From: Candidatus Nezhaarchaeales archaeon
GTDB lineage: Archaea > Thermoproteota > Methanomethylicia > Nezhaarchaeales > WYZ-LMO8
DNA length: 64,000 nucleotides
NCBI GenBank assembly: GCA_038887515.1
Contig: JAWAKK010000001.1
Coordinates: forward strand, 704,001-768,000
Reading direction: 5' to 3'
Under the pieces are notes generated by a model. That model did not search any database, was not told the DNA's origin, and saw only the letters and a list, made by a program, of their open reading frames with translations. Positions 48,795-58,408 of this stretch are shown here, in pieces. The translations under genes and the position numbers were made by a program. Each line of letters opens with the position of its first letter. Position 1 is the first letter of the stretch.

Positions 48795-49305
48795 GGGGTA
48801 GTCCCAAGCGGCGATACGTTCCCTCGACGAACTTTATGCATTCATGAGCGCTCGAAAACGGTAAGAGCGCTAAGTGAGAATTGCATTTGCAGTCGCTACA
48901 CCCAAAACCTTCAACGAATCTCGTCAGGGAATTAAGCGTAGAAGCTACTATGCACTCAAACTTCCTATCAACAAGTGAGGCAACGATCCCAACTACTACA
49001 GACGATCTAGAGGAAGTGAGGTAGTCTATGTGCCACCTCAACTTTTTATCCCTTTTGATATGCCTCAGAACTCTACTTCGAAGGCTTAAGGCTCCTCTAC
49101 CCATGGCCGAGCCAGTGTACGCATAAAAACCCTTTCCTACGGTTATGGTACCCAAGGAGCCGACCCTTATCTCCTCATCTTCTTTTAGCTGAACTACTAT
49201 AGTATATATGCCGTTTCGTGGAAGAAGGCTTAGGGCAGGAGGCTCATCGAGCCTGTCAACATCACTCAAAATATCAGGACCCGGGTTACAAATCATTGCC
49301 CCCAC
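48757..49305 (-). CDS. GIY-YIG (Uri/DUF123) nuclease-family protein
   Basis: GIY, Y.Y.GSA, RH, WHIDYL, GFG.SDC.C.SHL. Confidence 0.85.
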   Translation of the reverse strand: MGAMICNPGPDILSDVDRLDEPPALSLLPRNGIYTIVVQLKEDEEIRVGSLGTITVGKGFYAYTGSAMGRGALSLRSRVLRHIKRDKKLRWHIDYLTSSRSSVVVGIVASLVDRKFECIVASTLNSLTRFVEGFGCSDCKCNSHLALLPFSSAHECIKFVEGTYRRLGLPPTSLILPFCQGT

Positions 49306-49369
49306 CCACTACGTAGGCTAGAAGAGCATTAAAGTTTTGCATATATACGCGGTTATCTAGGTTCTTGCC

Positions 49370-49432
49370 GGGGCTGTGATCGGGGGGTTCAAAGCGCTGA
49401 GGAGTGAGGAGGCCGACTACATGGTGAGCCCC
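49370..49432 (+). ncRNA. C/D-box methylation guide sRNA
   Basis: Terminal stem GGGGC/GCCCC; C GTGATCG (49376), D' CTGA (49397), C' GTGAGGA (49404), D GTGA (49424); 13-14 nt guides; TATA-like ATATATA at 49341. Confidence 0.75.
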
Positions 49433-49519
49433 TAGAAACCTTTAAAGTTAAGCAATTAAGTGCTTAAGTGTAGGACTATGTTGTATGTGTCCATACTTTG
49501 AACTGTGAGGGTGTAGCTG

Positions 49520-50041
49520 ATGTCTAAACATAAAGACTTGAAGAAGCAGGAGCTCCATGAAGAAAGTACTGAAAAGTCCATACTCATACACTCCGAAAGG
49601 GGGAATATCAAGAGAGTTGTTGAGATGGACGGGCCCCTTCATGAAACTGTTAAGAAGGCTGCTCTTGAGGCTCTACAGATGTGGAACCCCGAGACTTCGG
49701 ACTTTGTAGTCATGAAGGACAGCTACACTAAAACCCTTAAGCTTCCACTATCCAAAGAAGACTACGATTTCTACTCGAAGTTCGAATTGCGTCGAAGCTC
49801 CAAAGAGGCTGAAGTCGTAATACCGATCTACATAACGTCGTTTAATAACGAGTGGAGAGAGACCGATTACTATGACAATGAAATTTTCATAATTGCCCCT
49901 AAACTTCCTCCCGAAGACTTGGAGGAACTCAAGAAGAGAGCCATGATAGCTACTTCCGAAGAGCAACTCGAAGCTAGCGACTTGGGCGGACTAGTTGAAG
50001 ACATGGAAGAGCTAGGCGAGGAGGAAGAGGAAGAAGAGTAG
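49520..50041 (+). CDS. DUF2286-like conserved archaeal protein with acidic tail
   Basis: SERG, AL..WNPETSDFVV.KD, P.Y..SF.N.W; poly-Glu C-terminus. Confidence 0.65.
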   Translation: MSKHKDLKKQELHEESTEKSILIHSERGNIKRVVEMDGPLHETVKKAALEALQMWNPETSDFVVMKDSYTKTLKLPLSKEDYDFYSKFELRRSSKEAEVVIPIYITSFNNEWRETDYYDNEIFIIAPKLPPEDLEELKKRAMIATSEEQLEASDLGGLVEDMEELGEEEEEEE

Positions 50042-52651
50042 TCACTTACTATTGCAGAAAAACGAAGTTATACTTCTAACTCCAAGGATCTCGTCGAAGT
50101 CTAAACCTAGAGCCGTAAGTACTTGCTCGAAAGTAGTCCTCATATGTTCCACGTACTTCTCTACGTCTACTTCATCTATCCTAGCCAACTGGATAGGTTT
50201 AACGCCAGGTTCTCCCTTAACCTTTACGAACCTTATTATCGAGCCTGCGTCCACGTTCTTCTTGTAAGCCATTAAGAGTTTGGCAGCCTTCACATGTTGG
50301 GAAGATACGGCATAATCTGACGGATGTTTTGATAGCATGACGGTAAAGGCCAGCTCGTCTAAGCTATACTTCCTCTCTCTCAGTTTCTCGTAGACCTTTC
50401 GAGCCAAGTCCCTAATAACCTCCTTCGATCTTTCGAAATCTTCAGGGGTCCTTACTCTGCTCAATATGCTTACAAAGTTTAAGAAGGCCTCCTTTAAGAA
50501 TGGGGGCGTGTTCCTCTTCTTTCCTACAAGACCTTTAATATCCACTTCGCCGTTGACTAGCGTGCCTACGTAGTTCTTCTTTAAGCCTGAGAAGGCAACG
50601 AACTTGTAGTTCTTGTCGTAGTCTAGGTCGACTTTAAGTACCTCCTCGGCCCACTCCATGAGTTCCTTGATCTTCGATTCGTCGGGGTTATGTATGAAAA
50701 TACTGTCCGTATCGCCATATACGACCTCAAGCCCTAGGCTTTGAGCTTTTTCAATGGTCTTAGTTATTATGTATCTGCCTATCGCTGTTGTACTCTCAGC
50801 AACTGGCGGGCAATATAGAGAGAAGTTTGAGGATCCCATCACACCGTAGGAGGCATTCAATATGACCTTTAAGCTCTTCTCTACAACCTCGTAGAGACTC
50901 TTTTTAGCCGGATCCTTTACTTTCTTCGACATAGGCTTAAACCACAGAGCCCTTATGTCCCGCAACATCCCTATCAATATCGATGTTAAGCCCTGTCTCT
51001 TAGTGCAGACCCAGTGAGGCGTTGAAGGTATCACGTTAGACCTACATTCTTGGTGGTTACAGTTTATAACTTCGTAGGATAGGTTCCTCGTTTTAACTAT
51101 GCTTGGATACAGTGATGTGAAGTCGAGGACCGCTACATTGAAATATACCCCAGCGGGTGGCTTCAGCACTATTGCTCCCATGTACTTCTTGCCTTTAATC
51201 TTAGCTTCAGTTGCCGCCTGACCCTTAACGGCTATTATCTCGTCCTTCCTAGGTATCAAGAAGTTCCTCTTGCGATGCTCAAAGTATAGCATGTTCCTTA
51301 TCCAGTTGGATATGCCCTGCCTCGTTACGTCCTCCATGCTCATCTTGGATATGCGCATGAAAAGCACTATGAGCTTCATTATGAGGTTATCGTTGAACTT
51401 AGTAAATTGAAGAGTTATGTATGCGTCCCTTAAACAGTAAGCTGCTAGCTGAGCATAACTTAACTGCGATACTGAAACTCTAAGTTGAATCTTCTTGACT
51501 GATAGAAGAGCTTCGGCTACTGCATCTAAAGTCACGTCTCTGTACTTATTACCGAAAGCATAACCTTGAATCGACCTGTTGTGGAAGAACTTGTAGAGGT
51601 CTACGTGAACCGATGCCGGTAGCAGAGCAGAGGGGTTTTCGCCTGCAGTCATTGATATAGGCACTTTATCTCGAGGGAAGCCAAGCTTAATGGCTCTGTG
51701 AAGAATGTAATTTAAGTCGAAGTTATCTCCATTAAAAGTTAGCACTATCGGGTAATCGTTTAAAAGCTTGAATATCTCCTCCAACATCTTGTACTCATCG
51801 TAGAAGAACCTTACTTCAGCATCTTCAGGAAGTTCCTCCGACTGACCAGCTTCCACGCCGTCCCTCCTCAATAAGAAAACTAGCTTCCTTCCATCAGAGT
51901 CTACAAGGCTGAAGGCTATTATTGGGTATAGTGCCTCCTTAGGGTTTGGAAGCTTATCTGGGTCTGGAGAGTAAACCTCTATGTCTATCGCTGCCCTCCT
52001 TATGTCCGGTATAGGAGCTAGGAATAAGGGGAGCCATTCTTTGACAACTTCTTTGGCCGCTTCTTGACCTTCAAAAAGCTTCATAACGTCTTCGGTTTCA
52101 TCCCCACCAAACTTTGCATCAGTTTTGAGTAGCTTTCCATCCTCAATTCTATAGAACATGCCTGGCACGAGCTGCTTATCGAAAATGTAGCAGTTATGAT
52201 ACTTTATATCGGCCTCCCAAGCTTTAGGTAGAAGGTCCCTTATAGCCCCCTTCTTACCGCCTATAGCGAGAGGATCTGACGCCATTACTTTTATCAGCTC
52301 GACCTCCTTCTCCCTCAGGACGTCAAATTTCCTAACTTTCTCGAAGCCAATAAATCCTGGGTGGGCTACAACCTTGCTTCTCTTAAGCTCCTCAATGCTC
52401 ATATCCGTTAAACAGTAGGGCTTGTGTCCGGAATCGTCGTACCAAAAGTGCATAACTCTCTTTTCAATATCGTAGAGCTTAAGGAGGGCTTTCTTAGTCT
52501 CGCCACTATATGATACAGACAAGAGGATGCATGTACCTGAGCTTCGAGAGGGCTTGAGGTCTATCTTTCCCGTGATGTAAAGTTCTTCTTCGTGTTCGGT
52601 TTCAAGTACCTCTTCAGTCTCTAGGTATTCTTCAAGTAGTTCGCTCACCAT
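50042..52651 (-). CDS. polB1: Family B DNA polymerase B1
   Basis: Exo DIE, FNGDNFD, YC..D; pol DFTSLYPSI, K...NA.YG, YGDTDS, KKNY; D..GHKPYC N-domain; no intein; PIP-like C-terminus SITSFF. Confidence 0.93.
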   Translation of the reverse strand: MVSELLEEYLETEEVLETEHEEELYITGKIDLKPSRSSGTCILLSVSYSGETKKALLKLYDIEKRVMHFWYDDSGHKPYCLTDMSIEELKRSKVVAHPGFIGFEKVRKFDVLREKEVELIKVMASDPLAIGGKKGAIRDLLPKAWEADIKYHNCYIFDKQLVPGMFYRIEDGKLLKTDAKFGGDETEDVMKLFEGQEAAKEVVKEWLPLFLAPIPDIRRAAIDIEVYSPDPDKLPNPKEALYPIIAFSLVDSDGRKLVFLLRRDGVEAGQSEELPEDAEVRFFYDEYKMLEEIFKLLNDYPIVLTFNGDNFDLNYILHRAIKLGFPRDKVPISMTAGENPSALLPASVHVDLYKFFHNRSIQGYAFGNKYRDVTLDAVAEALLSVKKIQLRVSVSQLSYAQLAAYCLRDAYITLQFTKFNDNLIMKLIVLFMRISKMSMEDVTRQGISNWIRNMLYFEHRKRNFLIPRKDEIIAVKGQAATEAKIKGKKYMGAIVLKPPAGVYFNVAVLDFTSLYPSIVKTRNLSYEVINCNHQECRSNVIPSTPHWVCTKRQGLTSILIGMLRDIRALWFKPMSKKVKDPAKKSLYEVVEKSLKVILNASYGVMGSSNFSLYCPPVAESTTAIGRYIITKTIEKAQSLGLEVVYGDTDSIFIHNPDESKIKELMEWAEEVLKVDLDYDKNYKFVAFSGLKKNYVGTLVNGEVDIKGLVGKKRNTPPFLKEAFLNFVSILSRVRTPEDFERSKEVIRDLARKVYEKLRERKYSLDELAFTVMLSKHPSDYAVSSQHVKAAKLLMAYKKNVDAGSIIRFVKVKGEPGVKPIQLARIDEVDVEKYVEHMRTTFEQVLTALGLDFDEILGVRSITSFFCNSK

Positions 52652-52842
52652 CTCAACCTCTCAAGATCGCGTTCCTCCTTGCTCTTCTTCTTATATTCCT
52701 TATAGTGCTTCTTGCATAGGTAAATTCTTCCACGTGCCTCGGGCTTGATGTTAAAGTACTTAGCAGCTTTAACGGTAGAGACGGATCTTACCGCAATATC
52801 ATCGCAGAAGGCGCACTTCTCCCCCTTAGAGGTCCTACTCAA
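52645..52842 (-). CDS. Small basic Zn-finger protein overlapping polB1
   Basis: CAFC...AVRS...YLCKKHYKEYKK; GAGGAGG RBS before the TTG at 52842. Confidence 0.75.
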   Translation of the reverse strand: MSRTSKGEKCAFCDDIAVRSVSTVKAAKYFNIKPEARGRIYLCKKHYKEYKKKSKEERDLERLRW

Positions 52843-53040
52843 GTTAACTTGCCTCCTCAGTAGAAAGGTTAGGGTAACCAACTTTTAAGGTTACCATGGA
52901 TTGAAGTGTTAAGCTACTCTAGGTAATATCAAAAAGAATTTAAGTTTTGAAGTGAAGCGACAAGTTCATAAACGTTGGAGGAGCTTACTGTCTAACCTTA
53001 CCTTCATTTAAAGGCCTATGCGGCTACCTTTAATAAGTAT

Positions 53041-53874
53041 GTGTTCGAAGCACATACTACATCGAGGGGACGAGAAATCACGGAAGGAAGGAAAACAGCG
53101 AAGGATGCTTCGCTCGCCTCCCTATTCGGCTTAACCATCGGGTGTGTTGCTGGACTAATAGGTGTCGGTGGAGGCGAATTTAGGATCCCAGTCTTGCTTC
53201 ACATTCTTAGGCTCTCAGCCGTCACAGCCGTGACAGTTAACCTCTTTGTGGGCCTGCTAGTGGTCGTTGCCTCCTTTTTTAGGCGCCTTCAATTAGGCTT
53301 ATTAAGTAGCTGTTACGCCAACATAGCCTTTGCAATGTCGGTGTCATCGATCGTCGGCGCCTATGTAGGCGCCCGCTTGTCAGGTAAGCTCCCTGAAAAG
53401 ACTTTAAGAAAGTTTCTGGCGGCGTTCCTCGTCATAATCGGCTTAAAAATCGGGATAGAACCGTTTGTCGAACTACCAGCACCCTTTACTTTAACGCTCG
53501 ACTTTGCAGGAGAAACCATACTATCCGTGATTATAGGCTTAACGATAGGCATCGTATCGGGGTACTTTGGTGTTGCGGGCGGCGAGTTCCGCATTCCAGC
53601 ATTGATTTACATCTTCGGCATAGATGTCGTCGATGCTGGAACGCTCAGTCTACTCGTCTCCATACCAACAGTATCTTCAGGTCTCTTAAAGCACCATAGG
53701 ATGGGACATTTTAACAGAGGAGCGTTTATCATAGCTATCGCTATGGGAACTAGCTCGGTTGTAGGTGCCTCGATTGGAGCTTCTTTCGTAGGAGCCATGG
53801 ATAAGGACTTGCTTAAGGTGCTGCTCGGCGTAATTCTTGTATCATCAACTATTCGGATCGTAACTAAACCTTAG
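53041..53874 (+). CDS. TauE/SafE sulfite-exporter-family membrane protein
   Basis: Duplicated G..GV.GGEFRIP motif and about 8 TM helices. Confidence 0.88.
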   Translation: MFEAHTTSRGREITEGRKTAKDASLASLFGLTIGCVAGLIGVGGGEFRIPVLLHILRLSAVTAVTVNLFVGLLVVVASFFRRLQLGLLSSCYANIAFAMSVSSIVGAYVGARLSGKLPEKTLRKFLAAFLVIIGLKIGIEPFVELPAPFTLTLDFAGETILSVIIGLTIGIVSGYFGVAGGEFRIPALIYIFGIDVVDAGTLSLLVSIPTVSSGLLKHHRMGHFNRGAFIIAIAMGTSSVVGASIGASFVGAMDKDLLKVLLGVILVSSTIRIVTKP

Positions 53875-53988
53875 ACGTCACCCTAATAGATACTTCTTAG
53901 ATGTTAAGTTAATGCGCCTTCTAAACTACATTTAAGTTCGCGACGTGTAAGCTATAAGAGACACAATGACGCTTAAGTGAAAGAAAGT

Positions 53989-54077
53989 GGGCCCGTCGTC
54001 TAGTTTGGATAGGACGCCAGCCTGCGGTTCACGTAGAAAGCTGGAGGTCCGGGGTTCAAGTCCCCGCGGGCCCGCCA
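53989..54077 (+). tRNA. tRNA-Arg(GCG) with an 11-nt canonical 37/38 intron (54028-54038) and encoded CCA
   Basis: GGGCCCG acceptor, CCAGC/GCTGG anticodon stem, CT-GCG-G, GTTCAAGTC, CCA end. Confidence 0.92.
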
Positions 54078-54183
54078 TCTTTCTAAATAATTAACCTGGC
54101 CCTCCTTTCTTAGGAACCACCGCACGTGAGGTCATTGAAGTTCGCGGGTAGCAAATCTTAAGTAGTAATAGAACGAAACAGTT

Positions 54184-54366
54184 GTGGTGATGTCTAGCTC
54201 GGAGGGCCAAGGCTCGAGCTGCCTTCACGATAAACTGGAACTATTAGGGGAGCAGAGAGGGGAGAAAGGAGTAAATAAGTACTTTAGATGTTTAAGGTGC
54301 GGAAACGTCTTGATATTATCGGAGAACGGAGCATTGTACGAGGTGCCTTCAGCTAAGAAGAGTTAA
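54184..54366 (+). CDS. Small Zn-ribbon protein
   Basis: C.H...YFRC..CG motif; an internal ATG at 54190 preceded by GTGGTG is an alternative start. Confidence 0.65.
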   Translation: MVMSSSEGQGSSCLHDKLELLGEQRGEKGVNKYFRCLRCGNVLILSENGALYEVPSAKKS

Positions 54367-54474
54367 ACTACTGGCAAATTGACTTGGCCCCTATCTTCCC
54401 TTACACTGTAGGGCAAGTTTAGCAGGACTTCAATAACGAAGGTCGACAAGTTAAAAATAGTCGAAAGTCTCGAG

Positions 54475-56427
54475 CTACATTCTTTGAGCTAACTTAAAGT
54501 TTAGCGCCCTAGCACAGCTCTCGATTACGCTCTTGATCGCGTAGACCAGCATCAACCTTGCTTTGCGGGTCTCCTCATCCTTTTCCTTAATTACGTTGAC
54601 TTTCTCGTAGTATGCGTTAAACAGTTCGCTTATCTGGTTTAAGTAGTTTGTAAGCAGTTCTGGCTTAAGTTCATCCGCAGCCTCCACGAAGACTTTGGGG
54701 TACTTAGCCATTTGTATTATGAGTTCCCTCTCATAGCCGTGAGTTAGCTTCGTAGTATCGACTTCTGAAGTGGGCGTAAACCCGCTCTTCCTAAGTATTC
54801 CCAGCGCTCTAACGTAGGTGTAGTTTATGAAGGGGAAACTGTTTCTCTCGAAGTTGATAACTTGGTTCCAGTCGAACGTTATCGGCTTGCTTGCCGTAAC
54901 GCTTAGAAGAGCGTACTTGACCGCGCCTACCCCTATGATCTCAGCTATTTCTCTCTTCTCCTCTTCACTTAGCTCCCAGCCCCTCTTCTCGACTTCAAGT
55001 TTTACCCTATTGACGGCTTCGTTTAGAAGATCGTCCAAAGCAATGTACCTACCTCGCCTACTAGACATCTTAGCCCCGGGGAGCCTTACCAACTCGTACG
55101 CATAGTGTATGTACCGCTTCTCTACATCCCTTACCCCGAGAAGTGCGAGCACGATCTTTAACTGCAACTGGGCTAGGCTCTGCTCTGCGCCTATCACATT
55201 TATGACCTTATCGGCTTTCGCAAGCTTCCAAAGTGCGTAAGCTATATCCCTGGTAGTATAGAGAGTTGTTCCATCGGCCCTCTTTAATGTCAGCTTTGGA
55301 ATCTCCTTTTCCTCCAAGTTCCACTTCTCCTTAAGGCCTAGGAGCGACGCTATTTTGTCAACATTCAATATTAGAGCCCCATCAGATTCCTCGAAGGCCC
55401 AAGGTGCTACCTTCCTTATATCGTCGATTACTTTCTCCGTTGCTCCGCTCCATACCGTTATCTCGCTTTCCCAGTCCCATTCGTCGAAGCGTATCCATAG
55501 TCTCTCCAAAGTCTGCTTGAAGCCTTCTATGACCGCGTTGCATAGCTCCCTAACTATCCTTACGGCTTCTTTGGATCCCCCTTCGTAGTCCCTATTTAGC
55601 CTAGATATCGTTGCCCTCGGGTCTCCATCAATCGTTATCTTATCTAGTAATAGGTCAAAGAGTTCTGGGTACCTGCTCTTAAGGTCGTAGGCTACTCCAA
55701 CCCATTCGTCGATCTCTTTTATTATTTCCTGTCTCTCATCGTCCGTAGAGACGTTTTCGAGCCTCTTCTTTAAGCTAAGTATTTCAACTATGGCGTTAGT
55801 TATTGGGTAAATTGCCCCTATCGAGTGATCCGGCTTTCCACCTAGAACTTTCTCTTTTACCTTCGAGTGACCGTAGGCAGCTATCATTACTTGAAGACCC
55901 ATGTCGTTTATGTAGAAATGCGTCTCCACTTTATGACCTCGAGCCCTTAGTAACGATGCTAAGCTATCGCCTATGATGGCGTTCCTGGCCGTACCTATCG
56001 TAAGCGGGTGTACGGGGTTCCCGCTCGTATGCTCTACTATCGTCTTTAAGGGGTTACTTGTCTCGACTAAGCCGTAGTTTGACTGAAGATTTATTATGGT
56101 GGAAAAAAGTTCTCTTGCAAGCTCGTAGTGATTAGCGTAGAAGTTTACGTAGCCTGCTCCAGCTGATTCAGCTTTATCTACGTACCTCCTATCTTGAGCC
56201 ATTATCCTTGATGCGATGTCGTCCGCTAACCTCCTAGGATTTACCCCAAAGGTTCTAGCTACTTCGAAGCATGGGTATGCTAACTCGCCCATCTCTCTAT
56301 TAGGGGGAGGCTCAAGGCCCTTAGCTAAACTCTTCTCAATAATGTCCTTTAAGGGCTCGTCCACAGATTCCCTTATCAGCCTTATACATTCCTCTTCAAA
56401 CAGTTGGAACGGAATTACGTGAGGCAT
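54475..56427 (-). CDS. argS: Arginine--tRNA ligase
   Basis: EHTS.NP..PL.IG..RN, DGT.LY.TRD.AY, KMSSR.G, A.KY, C-terminal RM. Confidence 0.96.
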   Translation of the reverse strand: MPHVIPFQLFEEECIRLIRESVDEPLKDIIEKSLAKGLEPPPNREMGELAYPCFEVARTFGVNPRRLADDIASRIMAQDRRYVDKAESAGAGYVNFYANHYELARELFSTIINLQSNYGLVETSNPLKTIVEHTSGNPVHPLTIGTARNAIIGDSLASLLRARGHKVETHFYINDMGLQVMIAAYGHSKVKEKVLGGKPDHSIGAIYPITNAIVEILSLKKRLENVSTDDERQEIIKEIDEWVGVAYDLKSRYPELFDLLLDKITIDGDPRATISRLNRDYEGGSKEAVRIVRELCNAVIEGFKQTLERLWIRFDEWDWESEITVWSGATEKVIDDIRKVAPWAFEESDGALILNVDKIASLLGLKEKWNLEEKEIPKLTLKRADGTTLYTTRDIAYALWKLAKADKVINVIGAEQSLAQLQLKIVLALLGVRDVEKRYIHYAYELVRLPGAKMSSRRGRYIALDDLLNEAVNRVKLEVEKRGWELSEEEKREIAEIIGVGAVKYALLSVTASKPITFDWNQVINFERNSFPFINYTYVRALGILRKSGFTPTSEVDTTKLTHGYERELIIQMAKYPKVFVEAADELKPELLTNYLNQISELFNAYYEKVNVIKEKDEETRKARLMLVYAIKSVIESCARALNFKLAQRM

Positions 56428-56624
56428 TCTAGTTCACGCTAGTGTAAAGAGGGGCTGCAATATAGGTGTTAGGGCCTTGGTAAGTTTCGTAAAGGAGAAC
56501 AGCTCGATTAAAAGTTGCTCGTCCAAGACTAACATTTAAAGTCGGTCCACGAGTATACATAGCCCTTGGAGTCTGCTTACCTACAATTACGTAACTTCAG
56601 CGTTCCGACGTCGCTCGCAGGATC

Positions 56625-58157
56625 TTAACTAGTTCTTTCGAAGCAAAATACCTCTTCTAGGACGAACCTCTTAGCTGCTCTCAGGAAATCTCTAAACCAA
56701 GGAGATAGGGCATAGCTTATCGCGAAGTAGATGAGGGCTGCAACGACTACGTGGACCAATAGGATTGGCATATCTCGCCAAAAGGCTTCTACCGTTATGC
56801 TGTAGGATCCAAGTAATTGGTAACATACACCGCTACACAAGCCTGCAATAACGAAGGGGGCTATGTCTCTCCAAGGAAACTTAAATTGCAAGGAGCTCTT
56901 AGCCATACGGTAATATCTTAGCAGGAAGATGCATGTCCCAGCGAGCCAACCAATTGGATACGCAGAAGCAAGTAAGATTACGTTGTTTAATGGCATGAAT
57001 GCTACAAGTAAAGTAGAACCGACAACTAAACTAACGATTTGAGACATTGCCCCCGTAGAAGACCACTTAAACAGCCTACTCTTGACATAGTCTTTAACTG
57101 AAACCTCTGGCTTTAAATCTACTTCCTCACGGCCTACGACTACTGTTCCGAAAATTCCTATAGTTCCTTGAAGTATAGCGAGCACGCCAGCAATAAAGAC
57201 GATCCAATAGGCATCACGATATGCAGGGTTCAAAAGCGACATTAATGGGTGGGCGAGGCATATAACAGTAATGAAGGTAAACGTAGTGATCGCAAAGTAA
57301 AGCCTAGAAACCTCTTCAACATCGCTGGCACTACCTCCACGAAGCATCTTAGCATATAGTCCTGAAACGGTAGCTCCACCATAAGCTATTGGATTCCTTA
57401 AGCTGTAGCTTGCACTCATGTAAGCGACCGGGACCTCAGAGCCAGATATACATGCAAGTAGGACGCGATCGCTACTACCGAGAAAACCGCTAACGACGTC
57501 TATTATTGGGATAGAAAAGCCCTTGAACCACTTTTTAGCGAGAGATGAATCAAACCCATCCCATCTAACCCCCCTCCTACGTAGTAGAGCTACGTTGACA
57601 GTACATGAAAAAGAGTATGAGAGAGCTAAGGCCATTATTGCTCCGTTAACCCCAAAGCGTAAGACGACTACAAAGATGTAGGCTAAGGGGAGCCTTAAAA
57701 TTTCGTGTACGAGACCACTATAACCATAGACCTCGGGCGCAATAGCTCCCGGTAGCGATGTGAAGAAGGAGGATATTAATGAAACAATAAGAAGAACACT
57801 GCCGTACAGAAGCATGCTTTCAAAGCCCCAGCCAATCACTTGCAAGTACATGACATAGGCTATTGCGCAATACGTTACTAAGGCTATAGGAAGATACGTA
57901 AAGGTGATCGTAAGGCCGGTTCCAAAAGATCTAGGTACGTTACGAGCAATTGATCTAGGACACCAGTAGGTCCATAGACCTATCGGCACAAGCGGATAGC
58001 TTATCAAGCTTCCAATCAACGCCCATAATCCAAACTCTTCAACACTAAGCCTACGAGTAATGATCATAACGAAACCCATACTAATGAGGAGTCTAAACAC
58101 AGTGACGAGGTAATTCATTAGTCCAGCGTAACGAAGTCTAACCTTATTAGGGCACAT
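56625..58157 (-). CDS. Polysaccharide/oligosaccharide flippase (Wzx/MOP-like)
   Basis: ITRRLSVEEFG.W, about 14 TM helices, located next to sugar-nucleotide genes. Confidence 0.7.
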   Translation of the reverse strand: MCPNKVRLRYAGLMNYLVTVFRLLISMGFVMIITRRLSVEEFGLWALIGSLISYPLVPIGLWTYWCPRSIARNVPRSFGTGLTITFTYLPIALVTYCAIAYVMYLQVIGWGFESMLLYGSVLLIVSLISSFFTSLPGAIAPEVYGYSGLVHEILRLPLAYIFVVVLRFGVNGAIMALALSYSFSCTVNVALLRRRGVRWDGFDSSLAKKWFKGFSIPIIDVVSGFLGSSDRVLLACISGSEVPVAYMSASYSLRNPIAYGGATVSGLYAKMLRGGSASDVEEVSRLYFAITTFTFITVICLAHPLMSLLNPAYRDAYWIVFIAGVLAILQGTIGIFGTVVVGREEVDLKPEVSVKDYVKSRLFKWSSTGAMSQIVSLVVGSTLLVAFMPLNNVILLASAYPIGWLAGTCIFLLRYYRMAKSSLQFKFPWRDIAPFVIAGLCSGVCYQLLGSYSITVEAFWRDMPILLVHVVVAALIYFAISYALSPWFRDFLRAAKRFVLEEVFCFERTS

Positions 58158-58408
58158 AAAACGTCAGATAAAAGGATAGTAATAGCGAATACTTGAAACT
58201 TATCCATAGCATCTAGAGACGCTAAATGCGGTTTAGCAATATGCTAAGAATTAAAGGTTGATAGACAATTCAATACCGATGAGATTTTGGACCACTTACA
58301 TCCTAAAAGTGTATTATTTCGCAATTTTATGTCACAATTTATATAATCTGTACTAAAAAATATTTAAATTTCGTAAATTTTCGTGTTAACAACGAGGATG
58401 TAAGAAGA

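Noticed and set aside
48757-49305. GIY-YIG protein as a homing endonuclease or mobile element
   Set aside because: Its motifs match the housekeeping DUF123/Uri type; no intron, intein or terminal repeats are present.
53989-58400. Integrated element at tRNA-Arg(GCG)
   Set aside because: No integrase and no duplicated tRNA 3' end nearby; argS follows.
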